Assembly: GCA_013822585.1 (NCBI GenBank) | Contig: PNKG01000001.1 | Span: 1,084-65,083 of the forward strand | Length of the DNA: 64,000 nucleotides | DNA from: Opitutus sp. | GTDB lineage: Bacteria; Verrucomicrobiota; Verrucomicrobiia; Opitutales; Opitutaceae | Direction of reading: 5' to 3' | Shown: positions 1-10,001 of the stretch, piece by piece | How the letters are laid out: every line of letters begins with the position of its first letter | Numbering within the stretch: the stretch's first letter is position 1 | Position numbers and translations under genes: made by a program | The notes under the pieces: model-generated | The model's database searches: none | Told to the model about the DNA's origin: nothing | What the model saw: the letters and a program-made list of their open reading frames with translations, nothing else

Positions 1-997
1 TTGTGTTGAGCGTCCCCGGGAGCGCGGCGTCGAGAGCGGCCTGGATATCTTTGAATTTCGGATCGAGCCAAACTGTCATGGGTTTCTCGGCATCATATCG
101 AACTCCGATCACCTTATGCCGCTTCTGAGAGTAGATTAGGTCCGCGGACGCATCATAGATCGGATCGTCGACCAAGGTTCTCACGATTCGACCCGCCTCG
201 ATATCGTAGGCAAAGAGACCACGCGTTTTGCGGTCGACGTCCGAGATGATGATGAGCGTCTTGTTGTCGCCATCGAAGGCCACGGGGCGCCAGCCCGGGG
301 CGTCAAACGGAGCACGAGCGATTTCTTTCCATTCGGACTTCGCGTCCGGGCGATACTTGATGCTGGCGTCGGGTGCGTTCTCGTCCTGCTCGATGGCGAT
401 TCGCACCACGCCATTGTTGTCGGTCACCCAGTCACGCACCTTGCCGAAGTTCTGCAGCACGAGCGTGCGCTTCTCGTTGTTGATATTGAGCCGAAACACG
501 TCACCCAATCCAGAGAAGCCGCGTGTCACGTTAACCAGAATGTGGTCGGGATCGTTGGGCAGATCGTCGATGACGGAAAACCCGCGGCGATCATCCCTGT
601 TCGCGACCCGCTCACCCTCGCGAACCGTAGCCTGCTGGAGCACGCGCAGGTTGCTGCCGTCCGCGTTAATCGCATACGTGCCGAACGACTCTTGCCCCTT
701 GACCTGCTGACGGAAGATGAGGCGCGAGTGTTTGATCCACCTCACTGAAACAACACTTTCCTCCTTCATGTCAGTCAGGCGCTGGCGCTTGCCGGCCTTG
801 CGATCGACGATCACCAGCTGCATACGGTTGTTGGCCGGGGCCAACAACGCGACGTAGCGACCGTCTGGCGACAACTGAACCTGGCTTGACTGGGGATCGG
901 CGAAGAAAGTCTCGAGCGGCAGCTCAGGTGGAGGCGACGCGTGGACGGCGACGGCCAACAGCCCGACAAGCAAAGAGGGGCACAGGTGTAGTTTCAT
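1..997 (-). CDS. Secreted S9 family (prolyl oligopeptidase/acylaminoacyl-like) peptidase, N-terminal part; runs off the left edge
   Basis: Hand translation from ATG at 997: MKLHLCPSLLVGLLAVAVHASPPPELPLETFFADPQSSQVQLSPDGRYVA. Signal peptide plus LPLExFF..P......LSPDG, the typical start of S9 beta-propeller peptidases. The catalytic domain lies outside the window. Not in the ORF track because there is no stop codon in the window. Confidence 0.75.
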   Translation of the reverse strand, partial: MKLHLCPSLLVGLLAVAVHASPPPELPLETFFADPQSSQVQLSPDGRYVALLAPANNRMQLVIVDRKAGKRQRLTDMKEESVVSVRWIKHSRLIFRQQVKGQESFGTYAINADGSNLRVLQQATVREGERVANRDDRRGFSVIDDLPNDPDHILVNVTRGFSGLGDVFRLNINNEKRTLVLQNFGKVRDWVTDNNGVVRIAIEQDENAPDASIKYRPDAKSEWKEIARAPFDAPGWRPVAFDGDNKTLIIISDVDRKTRGLFAYDIEAGRIVRTLVDDPIYDASADLIYSQKRHKVIGVRYDAEKPMTVWLDPKFKDIQAALDAALPGTLNT

Positions 998-1043
998 ATT
1001 GGGAAGCATACTAATTAATACGGACGGGCGAAAGAAAGGGATG

Positions 1044-1072
1044 AAAAAAAGGCCCGGTCTTTCGACAGGGCC
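1044..1072 (-). terminator. Rho-independent terminator after the TonB-dependent receptor
   Basis: Minus strand GGCCCTGTC-GAAA-GACCGGGCC followed by T7. Confidence 0.75.
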
Positions 1073-1097
1073 CGAAAACATTGTGCGTTCTGGCTAC

Positions 1098-4000
1098 TCA
1101 GAATTCCCTGCGGAGCGAGATGTAGCCGAAGCGGCCCTGCGGGCGACCGATGAGCGAGGCCTGATAGCCGACACCGTCGTAGAACAGGTCGGGCTTTTCG
1201 TCCAAGACGTTGTCCATGCCGAGGGTCACGATCGTGCCTTCCGCCCACTTCACGCCAGCCGGGATCTTGTAGGAGACATTGGTGTTGAAGACATCGTAGG
1301 CCTTGAGGGTGTAGCCGTCGTCGGCAACCATGCCCTGGCTGTGGATGTAGTTATGGCCGACGTTGGCCAGCCATTCCTTGTAGCTCCAACCGAGCGAGGA
1401 CTGCACGCGGAAGCGGGGCAGACCGATGCGGTCGACCGAGTTGGGGAGCGCGCTCGTCGCGAGGCGGCGGAAGCCGTAACTAGTGATGTAGCTCGCGGTT
1501 GAACGGAAGCGGAAGCGACCCATCGAGGTCGTCTTTTTATCGTAGCTCACGCCGAAGTCCCAGCCAACGACCTTCTGGTAGGCGAGATTGACCGTGGTGT
1601 CAGACAGGGAGCGGATGCGACCGGGGACGGTGATGGTCTGACCGGGCTGGACGATCCTGTTGGCCGCTGTATCTGTGCGCGGACCGGGACCGGTGTAGAC
1701 AGTGATGGGGGAGGCCGTGTTATTGGTGTAAGTCTCGGTGCCCGGATCGCGGATGATCAGGCCGGCAGCGTCACCAAATTCATTTTCGCGGAGGAAAGTG
1801 GTGCCGGTCGTGGTGATGATGTTCTCTTGCTCGATCTGGAAGCGTGAGACCTCGAACTCGAGACCCTTCAACGCATCACCGACGAGCGGGAGCTTGGCCG
1901 GAACCTGGTAGACGATGCCAAACTGGTTGGCCTTGGCCCGCTCGGGTTGGAGACGGGGATTGCCGCCGGCGCGCACGAGACGCTGAGTCGCAGCGCCGTC
2001 GAACGGATCGCCGGTCAGGGCTTGCGGACGCGCGAAGTCCGGCAATGCATTCGGGAGCGACTCACGGACGCCACCGTAGAGCTGCGGGAGGGTCGGGGCG
2101 CGGAAGGCCTCAGTGTAAGAGGCGCGGACAACGAGATCCTTGATCGGGCGATACTTCAGGCCGTAGTAGGGCTTCCAGCCGGAATCATAGCCATCAGAGA
2201 AGCTCTCGAAGCGGACAGCGAGGCTCGCATCAAGGCTTTCGGCAAGGGGAATCGTGGCCGGCTTGACGAGTGGAACGCTGACTTCGCCAGCGACCGACTT
2301 CACCGAGCGCTGGGCGCGGGTCGAATTGGCAAGACGGACCTGGCCGATAATGTCGTCGAGCGTGGTTGAGATGGCGTCGTTGGCTTCGTTGAAGCGCTCT
2401 TCGCGATACTCGCTATAGAGTGCGCCGCCAATTTCGCCCGTGGGGACTTCGACGATGGTGCCATTGAGCTTCAAGTCGTAGAGGTAGAGGGAGGCGGAGC
2501 CACCTTTTTGCGTCTGGACCTTGATGCCGTTGATGGTGGCAGGATTGTTCCGGAAATCAGCGCCGCCAAAGATGTTCAGCGCCGTGGCATCGGTGCGGGC
2601 GAGGGCCGCGCGAACACGGCTCTCGGAGACCGCGTTTGTGGTGATATCGACCACATCGTCGCTGCCGAAATAGGCACCGGCTTCCCAGTTGATGCGGTCC
2701 ATGATTTGGCCCTTGATGCCGGTGAGAATTTCCCAGTTGTTGTTGGTGGTATTGGAAATACGGGGGCCGACTTCCGTCGGGCGGTAGTTGAAATTCACGT
2801 CGACACCGAAGGGATTCCAATAATTATAGCGTGGGACATAGATTTGATTGTCGCCTGCTGTGGAAATCGGAGAGGGGGCAAGCTGGATTTCGGACTTATT
2901 CTGAAGGTAGGAAGCGGACAGGTAAGCCTCCAGCGTCGGCGAGAAGGTGTAGCCGAACTCGGTGCGCATACTGACGCGCTTCTGTTGCGGAACGAGCCAG
3001 ACGAATTCCTGGAAGTTGTAGAGGTTCGACGGGACTTGGCCGGGGGTGAGGCGCTGGGGCACATAGAGGCCGGCCATCGCCTGGTTGAATTGGCCGCCCG
3101 CCGGGGAATTGGTCACGCCGGAGAAACTCGGTGAAGCAGAGGCGAGCGTGCCGAGCAGGGCGCCGGGGCCTGATGGAACCACCCCACCGGTGCCAGGCAG
3201 CACGGCTAAAGCAGTGCCGGCGGCGAGACCGGGGATGTTGATCGGGTTGCCTGCGGCGTAAGCGTAGCCGTTGGGGGCGACCCCGGGGGTCGGCGTGCCA
3301 CCCTGGGTCTGGCCGGCGCGGATCGAGATGCGCGCCATGTTGCCCGTGCCGGAGCGGAGATCCCAAGCGCCCGCGGTAGCATCGGCGGTGTAGCCTCTAG
3401 CGAGTGCCTGCTGGGTCTTGTCGGCGTTGCGCGAGAAGTCGCGGTCGCGGGCGTGCAGGGCATTGCGGGAGAAGTAGGCGATGAGCACCGAACCGTGGGC
3501 CTTGCCGCTGGCCGCGCCGGCGAACAACGAGGCGGAGAGTTCCGCGACATCGGTATCGAAGGTGTTGCCGTAGGTGGAGCTCATTTCGACGCCGTTGTAA
3601 TCTTTGCGAGTGATGATGTTCACAACGCCGGAGGTGGCGTCGGCACCGTAGATAGCGGAGGCACCGTCCTTCAGGACTTCAATCCGCTCGATCATGGAGA
3701 CGGGGTAACGGTTGAGGTCGACAAACGTTGTGCCACCCGAGTTGTTGCCGGTGAGCACTACACGGCGACCGTTGACGATCACGAGCGTATTGTTGGCGCC
3801 AAGGTTGCGAAGGTCGAGGGCGTTGGCGCCGCGGACTGCGGTGATCGTGCCGCTCTCGTTGATGCCGATGGCACTGGCCTCGGGGATTTCGCGGAGAAGT
3901 TCCGCAGCGTTCGAGCGGCCGCTGGCCAGAATGTCGGCGCGAGTAATTACCTTGATGGGTGACGCACCTTCCACTTCAGTGCGGGGGATACGGGAACCGG

Positions 4001-4148
4001 TGACTTCAAACTTCGCGAGCTCTACCGATTCGTCCTTTTTCTCTTTATCATCAGAAGCGGTGCCTTGCGCCACCGCGGAAGGAATCAGGCTGGCGCCCAG
4101 AATGAGGACAAGCGCCGCCCGCAGATTCCAGAGGGAACGTGCGTTCAT
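1098..4148 (-). CDS. TonB-dependent outer-membrane receptor
   Basis: Signal peptide, FEVTGSRIPR TonB-box region, plug motif IERIEVLKDGASAIYGADATSGVVNIITRK, C-terminal Phe (..GRFGYISLRREF). Confidence 0.95.
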   Translation of the reverse strand: MNARSLWNLRAALVLILGASLIPSAVAQGTASDDKEKKDESVELAKFEVTGSRIPRTEVEGASPIKVITRADILASGRSNAAELLREIPEASAIGINESGTITAVRGANALDLRNLGANNTLVIVNGRRVVLTGNNSGGTTFVDLNRYPVSMIERIEVLKDGASAIYGADATSGVVNIITRKDYNGVEMSSTYGNTFDTDVAELSASLFAGAASGKAHGSVLIAYFSRNALHARDRDFSRNADKTQQALARGYTADATAGAWDLRSGTGNMARISIRAGQTQGGTPTPGVAPNGYAYAAGNPINIPGLAAGTALAVLPGTGGVVPSGPGALLGTLASASPSFSGVTNSPAGGQFNQAMAGLYVPQRLTPGQVPSNLYNFQEFVWLVPQQKRVSMRTEFGYTFSPTLEAYLSASYLQNKSEIQLAPSPISTAGDNQIYVPRYNYWNPFGVDVNFNYRPTEVGPRISNTTNNNWEILTGIKGQIMDRINWEAGAYFGSDDVVDITTNAVSESRVRAALARTDATALNIFGGADFRNNPATINGIKVQTQKGGSASLYLYDLKLNGTIVEVPTGEIGGALYSEYREERFNEANDAISTTLDDIIGQVRLANSTRAQRSVKSVAGEVSVPLVKPATIPLAESLDASLAVRFESFSDGYDSGWKPYYGLKYRPIKDLVVRASYTEAFRAPTLPQLYGGVRESLPNALPDFARPQALTGDPFDGAATQRLVRAGGNPRLQPERAKANQFGIVYQVPAKLPLVGDALKGLEFEVSRFQIEQENIITTTGTTFLRENEFGDAAGLIIRDPGTETYTNNTASPITVYTGPGPRTDTAANRIVQPGQTITVPGRIRSLSDTTVNLAYQKVVGWDFGVSYDKKTTSMGRFRFRSTASYITSYGFRRLATSALPNSVDRIGLPRFRVQSSLGWSYKEWLANVGHNYIHSQGMVADDGYTLKAYDVFNTNVSYKIPAGVKWAEGTIVTLGMDNVLDEKPDLFYDGVGYQASLIGRPQGRFGYISLRREF

Positions 4149-4254
4149 AGTGTGTTGTGTTGTGTTAGGGCAACTCCGCGGGGTCTGCGGAATTGCGTGG
4201 TGTGCACTTCCTCGAAATCCCCGAGGCCTGTCTTAGGCAAGACAAAAGGCGCAA

Positions 4255-4435
4255 TTGAACGCCGCCCTTCCGCCCGCGCTACTCCCCGAGCAAGCTTCGG
4301 GGATGACGGATTCTCGCTGGCGCTCGGAACTACGCGCGGCTTGCACAGCCCCGCTGACGCGGGACTGGCCGGGCGGCGTCCTCATCTCGCCTGGGAAACC
4401 CCGCAGCAAGCTGCGGGGAATGGGGCAGCGTTCAT
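4255..4435 (+). mobile_element. ~180-bp dispersed structured repeat, copy 1 (putative non-autonomous IS200/IS605-like or MITE element)
   Basis: Aligns by eye with 45986-46169 (reverse) and 60718-60897. Starts TTGAACGCCGCCC, has two GCAAGC-loop hairpins, ends GGGCAGCGTTCAT. Confidence 0.7.
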
Positions 4436-4829
4436 GCGAGGAGTCACGATAACCGTCGGCCGGATGCGCAGGTCCCGGCCAAGCGGTGTGATTGTGATGG
4501 ATCAGGTCGATGCCCACATCCCACCGCTTCGAACGACACGCCCGAAAAAACTGAACTTCCCCCGTTTTGTGGACAGCTGCTGCATCGGCCAGTCCGCCCA
4601 GGCGCGGGGCTGCCCGGATCGGAGCACTGGCCCATGGGCCAGCCGACGTGAAAAATCCACTCGGGGCGTTCACCCGCCGCGAGAAATCCTCCCCTCATCC
4701 CCGCCGGTTTCCCGGGTGCCCGCCTTGCCCGGCAGGCACTGGCACCGCCGCACCCATGGCTATGGGACGGCTGTGTGGGGCGATTTGCATCATCTCTGCC
4801 GGCGGAAAACGCACGCCTGCATCCGCGTC

Positions 4830-5729
4830 TCACCACAGAAAGTAGTGCGGGTCGCGCGAAAGGAAACGGCGGCTCGGCGGCTCGAACACCACGCGCCACA
4901 CGTCCGCATAGCGCGACCACGGGCCGGGGACGACTCCGTCGAACACCAATTTCGGTCGGGCGGCCGGCCCGGCCGGCCCGGCGGCCACTCTCTCGCGGAA
5001 GAGGGAATGACCCTCGTCGGTGGAAAAGAAAAGGGATCGTTGTTCCGCGGAAAGCATCTCGGCCAAGGCCGGTTCGCGCATTCCACCGGCATAGGCCAGC
5101 GACCAGAGGCGAACCACCGTATCGTGCCGCTCGAGTTCCTCCGCGGCCTTCAGGCACGCGCACAGGAAATCCGTCCCTGCGGCGTGTCCATAGGCATGGT
5201 TCCCCCGATCCGACCGCCGATGCAGGATCACCGTCACCCCCGGCGCCCCGGACTCGATCGCATAGGCATCTACCCCCGGCCAAGGGGCTTCACGCGGCAC
5301 CGCCCGGAGCCGCCCCTCCCACCAATGCAACAGGTTGAACCGCTCCGCGGCCTCGAGCAACGCCACCCGCCGGGCCTGCCGGGCGAACAAACCCGGGAAA
5401 GCCGCCATGCCGTTGCTCGACGGGTCGACATCGAAGCCGTAACGCGCCGCGTCCGGCGAAACATGCAGCGCCGCATGCGCCCAGCGCTCGAGGGCCTCGG
5501 ACACCGCCTTGATCCGCGCCAGCAGCGGCGACGACGCCGTGCCGCCGCCATCGGCCGAGCTCCACAGCTGTCGCCTCTTGCGCGACGGCACGAGGTCGTC
5601 GCGCAGGGTGGCTTGGGCGGAGAAGACGCGCACGCCGAGCTCGCTCGCTTCCCCACATACCAGCCGCGCGATCGGACCGCCGTCGACGGCCATCACGCGC
5701 GCGTAGCGAAGCCCGGCGAGGGTGATCAT
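4830..5729 (-). CDS. Compact stand-alone YcaO-family protein (ATP-dependent amide-backbone activating enzyme)
   Basis: YcaO ATP/Mg-binding motifs in the expected order: GGGT..A..KAVSEALER, SSNGMAA, ALLEAAERF; later ACLKAAEEL. Only 299 aa. Confidence 0.8.
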   Translation of the reverse strand: MITLAGLRYARVMAVDGGPIARLVCGEASELGVRVFSAQATLRDDLVPSRKRRQLWSSADGGGTASSPLLARIKAVSEALERWAHAALHVSPDAARYGFDVDPSSNGMAAFPGLFARQARRVALLEAAERFNLLHWWEGRLRAVPREAPWPGVDAYAIESGAPGVTVILHRRSDRGNHAYGHAAGTDFLCACLKAAEELERHDTVVRLWSLAYAGGMREPALAEMLSAEQRSLFFSTDEGHSLFRERVAAGPAGPAARPKLVFDGVVPGPWSRYADVWRVVFEPPSRRFLSRDPHYFLW

Positions 5730-5914
5730 GATTCGGCGAATTGGCTCGGCAGACAGGCGATGCAGCCCTGCACTTCCGTCGCTGAAGTGCTGGTCGTCTT
5801 CGTCCAGTCGTCGTGAGCGCTCGACCGCATCACGATCGAAGCCGCGGTTTCACGGTTCAGGGAAAGCAACAGGCTGGAGCACAGCCCGGCGAGGAGATGT
5901 TTGATCGGGTTCAT
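5726..5914 (-). CDS. 62-aa putative RiPP precursor peptide
   Basis: MNPIKHLLAGLCSSLLLSLNRETAASIVMRSSAHDDWTKTTSTSATEVQGCIACLPSQFAES. Its TGA overlaps the ycaO ATG (ATGA, 5726-5729). Hydrophobic N-terminus; Ser/Thr/Cys-rich C-terminus. Confidence 0.6.
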   Translation of the reverse strand: MNPIKHLLAGLCSSLLLSLNRETAASIVMRSSAHDDWTKTTSTSATEVQGCIACLPSQFAES

Positions 5915-6110
5915 GGCACGATGATGCCCGAGTCCGCAGCCCCCCTCGCCAAGGAATACGGCCTGCTCTGAGGCTGGCCCTCCGCTGTTGGTCAGGTGGC
6001 CCGGTCGCGCATCCCCGGCAGTCCACACCCAAAATGATGGCCCGCGCTTCACCTGAATCTAGGTGTTGCGCGCCATCGCCGCCGCCGCATCGTTGCCGTT
6101 CACTCGCGTG

Positions 6111-9100
6111 ATGAATCGCCTCCTCGTCCGCATCGGCGCGCTGCTGTTCGCCTGTCTCGCCCACGGCGCGTGGGAGCGGTGGCCGGGCTCGCCCGTCCTC
6201 GAGCGGATGGAGCCGCCCCAGCCGCTGCGCTTGGAGCAGCCCCTCGCCTTCGCGCAAAACCCCGCCACCGGCGAGATCGTCGTGGGCGACTCCCGGCACA
6301 TCCTCACCTTCGACGGAGCCAACTGGCGGGCCCATGGGCACAGCGAGCAAATCCGCTATTTTCGCGCCCTCGCGTTCGTTCCGGACGGTTCCACCCTTTG
6401 GGCCGGCGGCTCCAACGAACTCGGTTGTTTTCAACGCGACGGCGCAGGCGGGTATCACTATCAGTCGCTCACCTCGCTCCTGCCCGCCGAACAGGGACCC
6501 ATTCAGGAAGTGTGGGCCTGCCGGCCGAACCAAACCGGGGCCGATTTCGTGGCCCGCCAAAAGATCCTTCGCTGGGACGGAACCCGGTTCCAAGTCTGGG
6601 ATTTTCCCACGTCCCAACGCCTGTTCCCGGTCCACTTCGAAGGCGCCCTCTGGTTTGCGCATCTCGAATCGGGCCTTTACCGACTCGGCCCGGCGGGACC
6701 GGAGCTGGTCACGCCCAAATCCGACATGCCGGCCCGCCTTCCCATGGCACTCAGCCGCCACGGCGGCAAACTCGCCGCTTGGTCGACTCTCGGCATCACC
6801 GCAATGGGACCGAAGGCTGAAACGTTCAGCTCCCCCGCACTCACCGCCGCGATGGCCGAGGGAAACCCCACCGCCATCACGGAACTCGGAAACGGCCGCG
6901 TCGCGATCGGCTCGGCGCTGCGAGGCCTCCTGATTGCCGATGCCGCAGGGAACCTCGTCCGCGACATCCCGAAGTTCGACGGTCTTCAACCCTCGCAGAT
7001 ATGGGCGCTCATGTGCGATCGCGACGGCTGGCTCTGGATCGCCGTCGAAGGCCAGGTGCTCCGCGTGCCCGCCTCCGGCAGCCCACACATGCTGGGCTTT
7101 CAGACTCGCGGCCTGACCCCCGGCACCGTGCGCATCACCTCGGATGCGGAACAGGTGTGGATCCTGGGAGACCGTGAGCTCTTCACCTTCCGCCAGCCCG
7201 ACCGGCACTCCTTCGCCGGCGAGCTCGAAAAAACCGACATCAGTCCGGCCAGAGTGAACAGCATCCTGCCGTGGCATCACGGCGTGCTCTATACAACCCA
7301 TCGCGAAATCGGACTGATCGCCGGCAAGAAAGTCACCAGCCTGCTCAATCTCCCGTCCCGCACGCCCTACGGACTCCAACGACTGCGGCCGGACGACGAT
7401 CTGCTCGTCACACTGGAGACGAATCGCATCGCCCTGCTGCGCCCCCGGGCCGACGGCTCATGGGAACAACGCGAATTGACCCGGTCACATTTGACCCCCA
7501 CTTCGGCCGCGATGGACGCGGAGGGCGCGCTCTGGCTCGGAGAATACGACGGAGGCGCTTCCCGCCACGCTTTGGAGGGCGACAGCCTGCGCGACATCAC
7601 GCCGGCCGGGTTCCTCACATCGGGCGACCTGTCGGCAAGCTGGGCGCTGCACGTGCGCGACTCGGTTTGGATTCTCCATCGCAGCCAAATCTGGCGCGTG
7701 CTCGCCGACGGCCGCCGGGAACGCGTGCCGTTCACCAGTCCCTCGGGCATTGTGGCGGTGGCGGCTTCCCCCGGCGGCCGCCGCATCTATCTGGCGCTCG
7801 ACCGCAGCGCCCAGGGCACGCGCGCTCCGCAGGGGGTGGGGATCATCGAGCTCGACGAGCACGGCGCGTTCCGTGGCTGGCGCGAACCTTGGGTGCCGGG
7901 ACTCCACGCGCTCGGCGGCATCGTGTCGCTCCACGCCTCCGCCGAACCCGACGGCGTCGACCGCCTCTGGCTCGGCGGCCCCCAGGGCGCACTCCACTTC
8001 CGCACGGACACCCTCACTCCATGGCCGCGTCCCAAGCCGCCGCTGATCGCGACGCGCACCGAGCCCGCCGACCCGCTCCAGCTGCCTTTCGACGCCCACG
8101 CCGTGATGCTGCGCCTGCAATCCCCCGAGATCGCCCGCCGCCCCGAGCTGCGCTTCCAGACGCGCCTGTTGCGCGGAAGCGACTCCGCCTGGTCCGCCGC
8201 CTCGACCCAGGATCTGTTCGATTTCAGCAATCTCACGGACGGCGCCTACCGTTTCGAGGCGCGCACCGTCTCGCCCACCGGCTCGGTCAGCGAGCCGGTC
8301 TCGTTCGACTTCGTCGTGCGGCCGCCCTGGTATCGCAGCGGCTGGGCCTACGCGGGCTACGCCGCCATCGGGCTCACCGGCGTGATCGGCGCCATCCGCT
8401 ACCGCGAGCGCCGCGTTCGCGCCCGCAACGCCGAGCTCGAGCGCCTCGTCGCCCTGCGCACCGCCGAACTCGAAAAGGCCAACGCTGCCAAGGACGAGTT
8501 CCTCGCCAGCATGAGCCACGAGATCCGCAACCCGATGAACGGCGTCGTCGGTCTCTCCGCCGCGATCGATGAGACGCCACTCAGCCCGGAGGGCCGGCAT
8601 CGTTTCGAGCTGCTGCGGCATTGCGCGACCCATCTCGCGACGCTGCTCGAGGATATCCTCGACTTTTCCAAGCTGCAAAGCGGCCACATCGAATTGCACG
8701 AGCAAACCTTCGCCCCGACGGAGCTGCTCGAGTCCGTCGAGGCGATCACCTCCCCCGAGAGCGCCGCCGCCGGCATGCCGGTGCGCAGCGCGATCGCGCC
8801 GAACATGCCGGCGCACCTGATGGGCGACGCGAGACGCATCCGCCAGATCCTGCTCAATTACGTGACGAACGCCCTGAAATACGCCGGCCGCGGCACGATC
8901 GACATCACCGCCTGGGCCCGGCCGACGGGCGATGGCAGAGTGGAGCTGACCTTCGCCGTCAGCGACGAGGGCCCCGGAATCCCCTACGCCGAACAGGAGC
9001 GCGTCTTCGCGAAATTCGAGCGCGGCGCCGCGGCGCGCAGCTCGCGCATCCCCGGCACGGGCATGGGCCTTGCCGTCTGTCGCCAGCTGGCGGAGAAAAT

Positions 9101-10001
9101 GGGCGGCCGGGTCTGGCTCGAAAGCGAACCGGGGCAGGGCTCCGCCTTCTGCTTCTCCGCGCCGCTGCGCGTGGCCCAGGAGGCCCCGGTCGTGCCTTCC
9201 TCCCTCGCCACCGCCCTGCAGCGCGTCCGCAAGCTCGCCCTCGTGGTCGACGACGAGGAATACAATCGCATCGCGCACGCCGCGCATCTCACGCGCCTCG
9301 GTTTCGAGGTGAGCACCACGGCTGCCGGCGCCGAAGCCCTCGCCCGCGCCGCCGAGAACCACTTCGACGTTATCTTCCTCGACTACGACATGCCCGACAT
9401 CAAGGGGCCCGACCTGGCCCGCCGGCTGCGCGAGATGGGCTCCGCCAACGGCCGCCAGCCCCTCCTCATTGCCGCCACCGCCTACACCACAGTCGAGAAG
9501 CGGGCCGAGTGTCTCGCTGCGGGGATGGACGCCTTTGTCGGCAAACCGGTCTCGGAGGACCGGCTGCGCGAGGCCCTTTCCCAAGCCTTGGGGACCGAGG
9601 ACCTCGCGGTCGCGGACCATGCCGCAACCGTGCACGTGGAAGAACCGGCCGGCGGCTATCCTGCGGATCCGTGGGACAACCTGCGCGTCGTGGCCCGGAA
9701 CAAGGGTGCGCCGCTCGAAGACGAAATCGGGGATTACCGTCGCGCCTGTGCCAGCGAATTGGAGTCGCTCCACGAAGGCATCAGGCAACGCCGCCCCGCC
9801 GTCGCGCGCATCGCCCACCAGCTCTCCGGCCGGTTGGGATTCATCAAGGCCGCCGAAGCCGCGCAGCTCGCCCTCGACCTCGAACAGGCCGTGCGCGATT
9901 CGCAGTGGACCGAGGCCTCGGAACTCGAAATCCGGCTGGCCGCCGAATGGGCCGATCTGCAGGAGCGCCTCACGCGCTCCCAAGCCGGTCGGGTCGCGTG
10001 A
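6111..10001 (+). CDS. Hybrid sensor histidine kinase (periplasmic beta-propeller/Y_Y_Y sensor, TM, HisKA, HATPase, receiver, HPt)
   Basis: Signal peptide; FSNLTDGAYRFEAR..PPWY (Y_Y_Y domain); FLASMSHEIRNPMNG; N, D/G boxes; receiver VVDDE..FLDYDMP..GKP; C-terminal AHQLSG. Start may be 6063 or 6108. Confidence 0.92.
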   Translation: MNRLLVRIGALLFACLAHGAWERWPGSPVLERMEPPQPLRLEQPLAFAQNPATGEIVVGDSRHILTFDGANWRAHGHSEQIRYFRALAFVPDGSTLWAGGSNELGCFQRDGAGGYHYQSLTSLLPAEQGPIQEVWACRPNQTGADFVARQKILRWDGTRFQVWDFPTSQRLFPVHFEGALWFAHLESGLYRLGPAGPELVTPKSDMPARLPMALSRHGGKLAAWSTLGITAMGPKAETFSSPALTAAMAEGNPTAITELGNGRVAIGSALRGLLIADAAGNLVRDIPKFDGLQPSQIWALMCDRDGWLWIAVEGQVLRVPASGSPHMLGFQTRGLTPGTVRITSDAEQVWILGDRELFTFRQPDRHSFAGELEKTDISPARVNSILPWHHGVLYTTHREIGLIAGKKVTSLLNLPSRTPYGLQRLRPDDDLLVTLETNRIALLRPRADGSWEQRELTRSHLTPTSAAMDAEGALWLGEYDGGASRHALEGDSLRDITPAGFLTSGDLSASWALHVRDSVWILHRSQIWRVLADGRRERVPFTSPSGIVAVAASPGGRRIYLALDRSAQGTRAPQGVGIIELDEHGAFRGWREPWVPGLHALGGIVSLHASAEPDGVDRLWLGGPQGALHFRTDTLTPWPRPKPPLIATRTEPADPLQLPFDAHAVMLRLQSPEIARRPELRFQTRLLRGSDSAWSAASTQDLFDFSNLTDGAYRFEARTVSPTGSVSEPVSFDFVVRPPWYRSGWAYAGYAAIGLTGVIGAIRYRERRVRARNAELERLVALRTAELEKANAAKDEFLASMSHEIRNPMNGVVGLSAAIDETPLSPEGRHRFELLRHCATHLATLLEDILDFSKLQSGHIELHEQTFAPTELLESVEAITSPESAAAGMPVRSAIAPNMPAHLMGDARRIRQILLNYVTNALKYAGRGTIDITAWARPTGDGRVELTFAVSDEGPGIPYAEQERVFAKFERGAAARSSRIPGTGMGLAVCRQLAEKMGGRVWLESEPGQGSAFCFSAPLRVAQEAPVVPSSLATALQRVRKLALVVDDEEYNRIAHAAHLTRLGFEVSTTAAGAEALARAAENHFDVIFLDYDMPDIKGPDLARRLREMGSANGRQPLLIAATAYTTVEKRAECLAAGMDAFVGKPVSEDRLREALSQALGTEDLAVADHAATVHVEEPAGGYPADPWDNLRVVARNKGAPLEDEIGDYRRACASELESLHEGIRQRRPAVARIAHQLSGRLGFIKAAEAAQLALDLEQAVRDSQWTEASELEIRLAAEWADLQERLTRSQAGRVA

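Noticed and set aside
4150-4830. Cobalamin or other riboswitch upstream of the TonB-dependent receptor
   Set aside because: No B12-box or other aptamer consensus recognised. The structured segment is the dispersed repeat, which also occurs between two convergent gene ends (copy 2).
4065-5816. 583-aa plus-strand ORF over ycaO
   Set aside because: No recognisable motifs; spans a repeat element and the antisense strand of ycaO.
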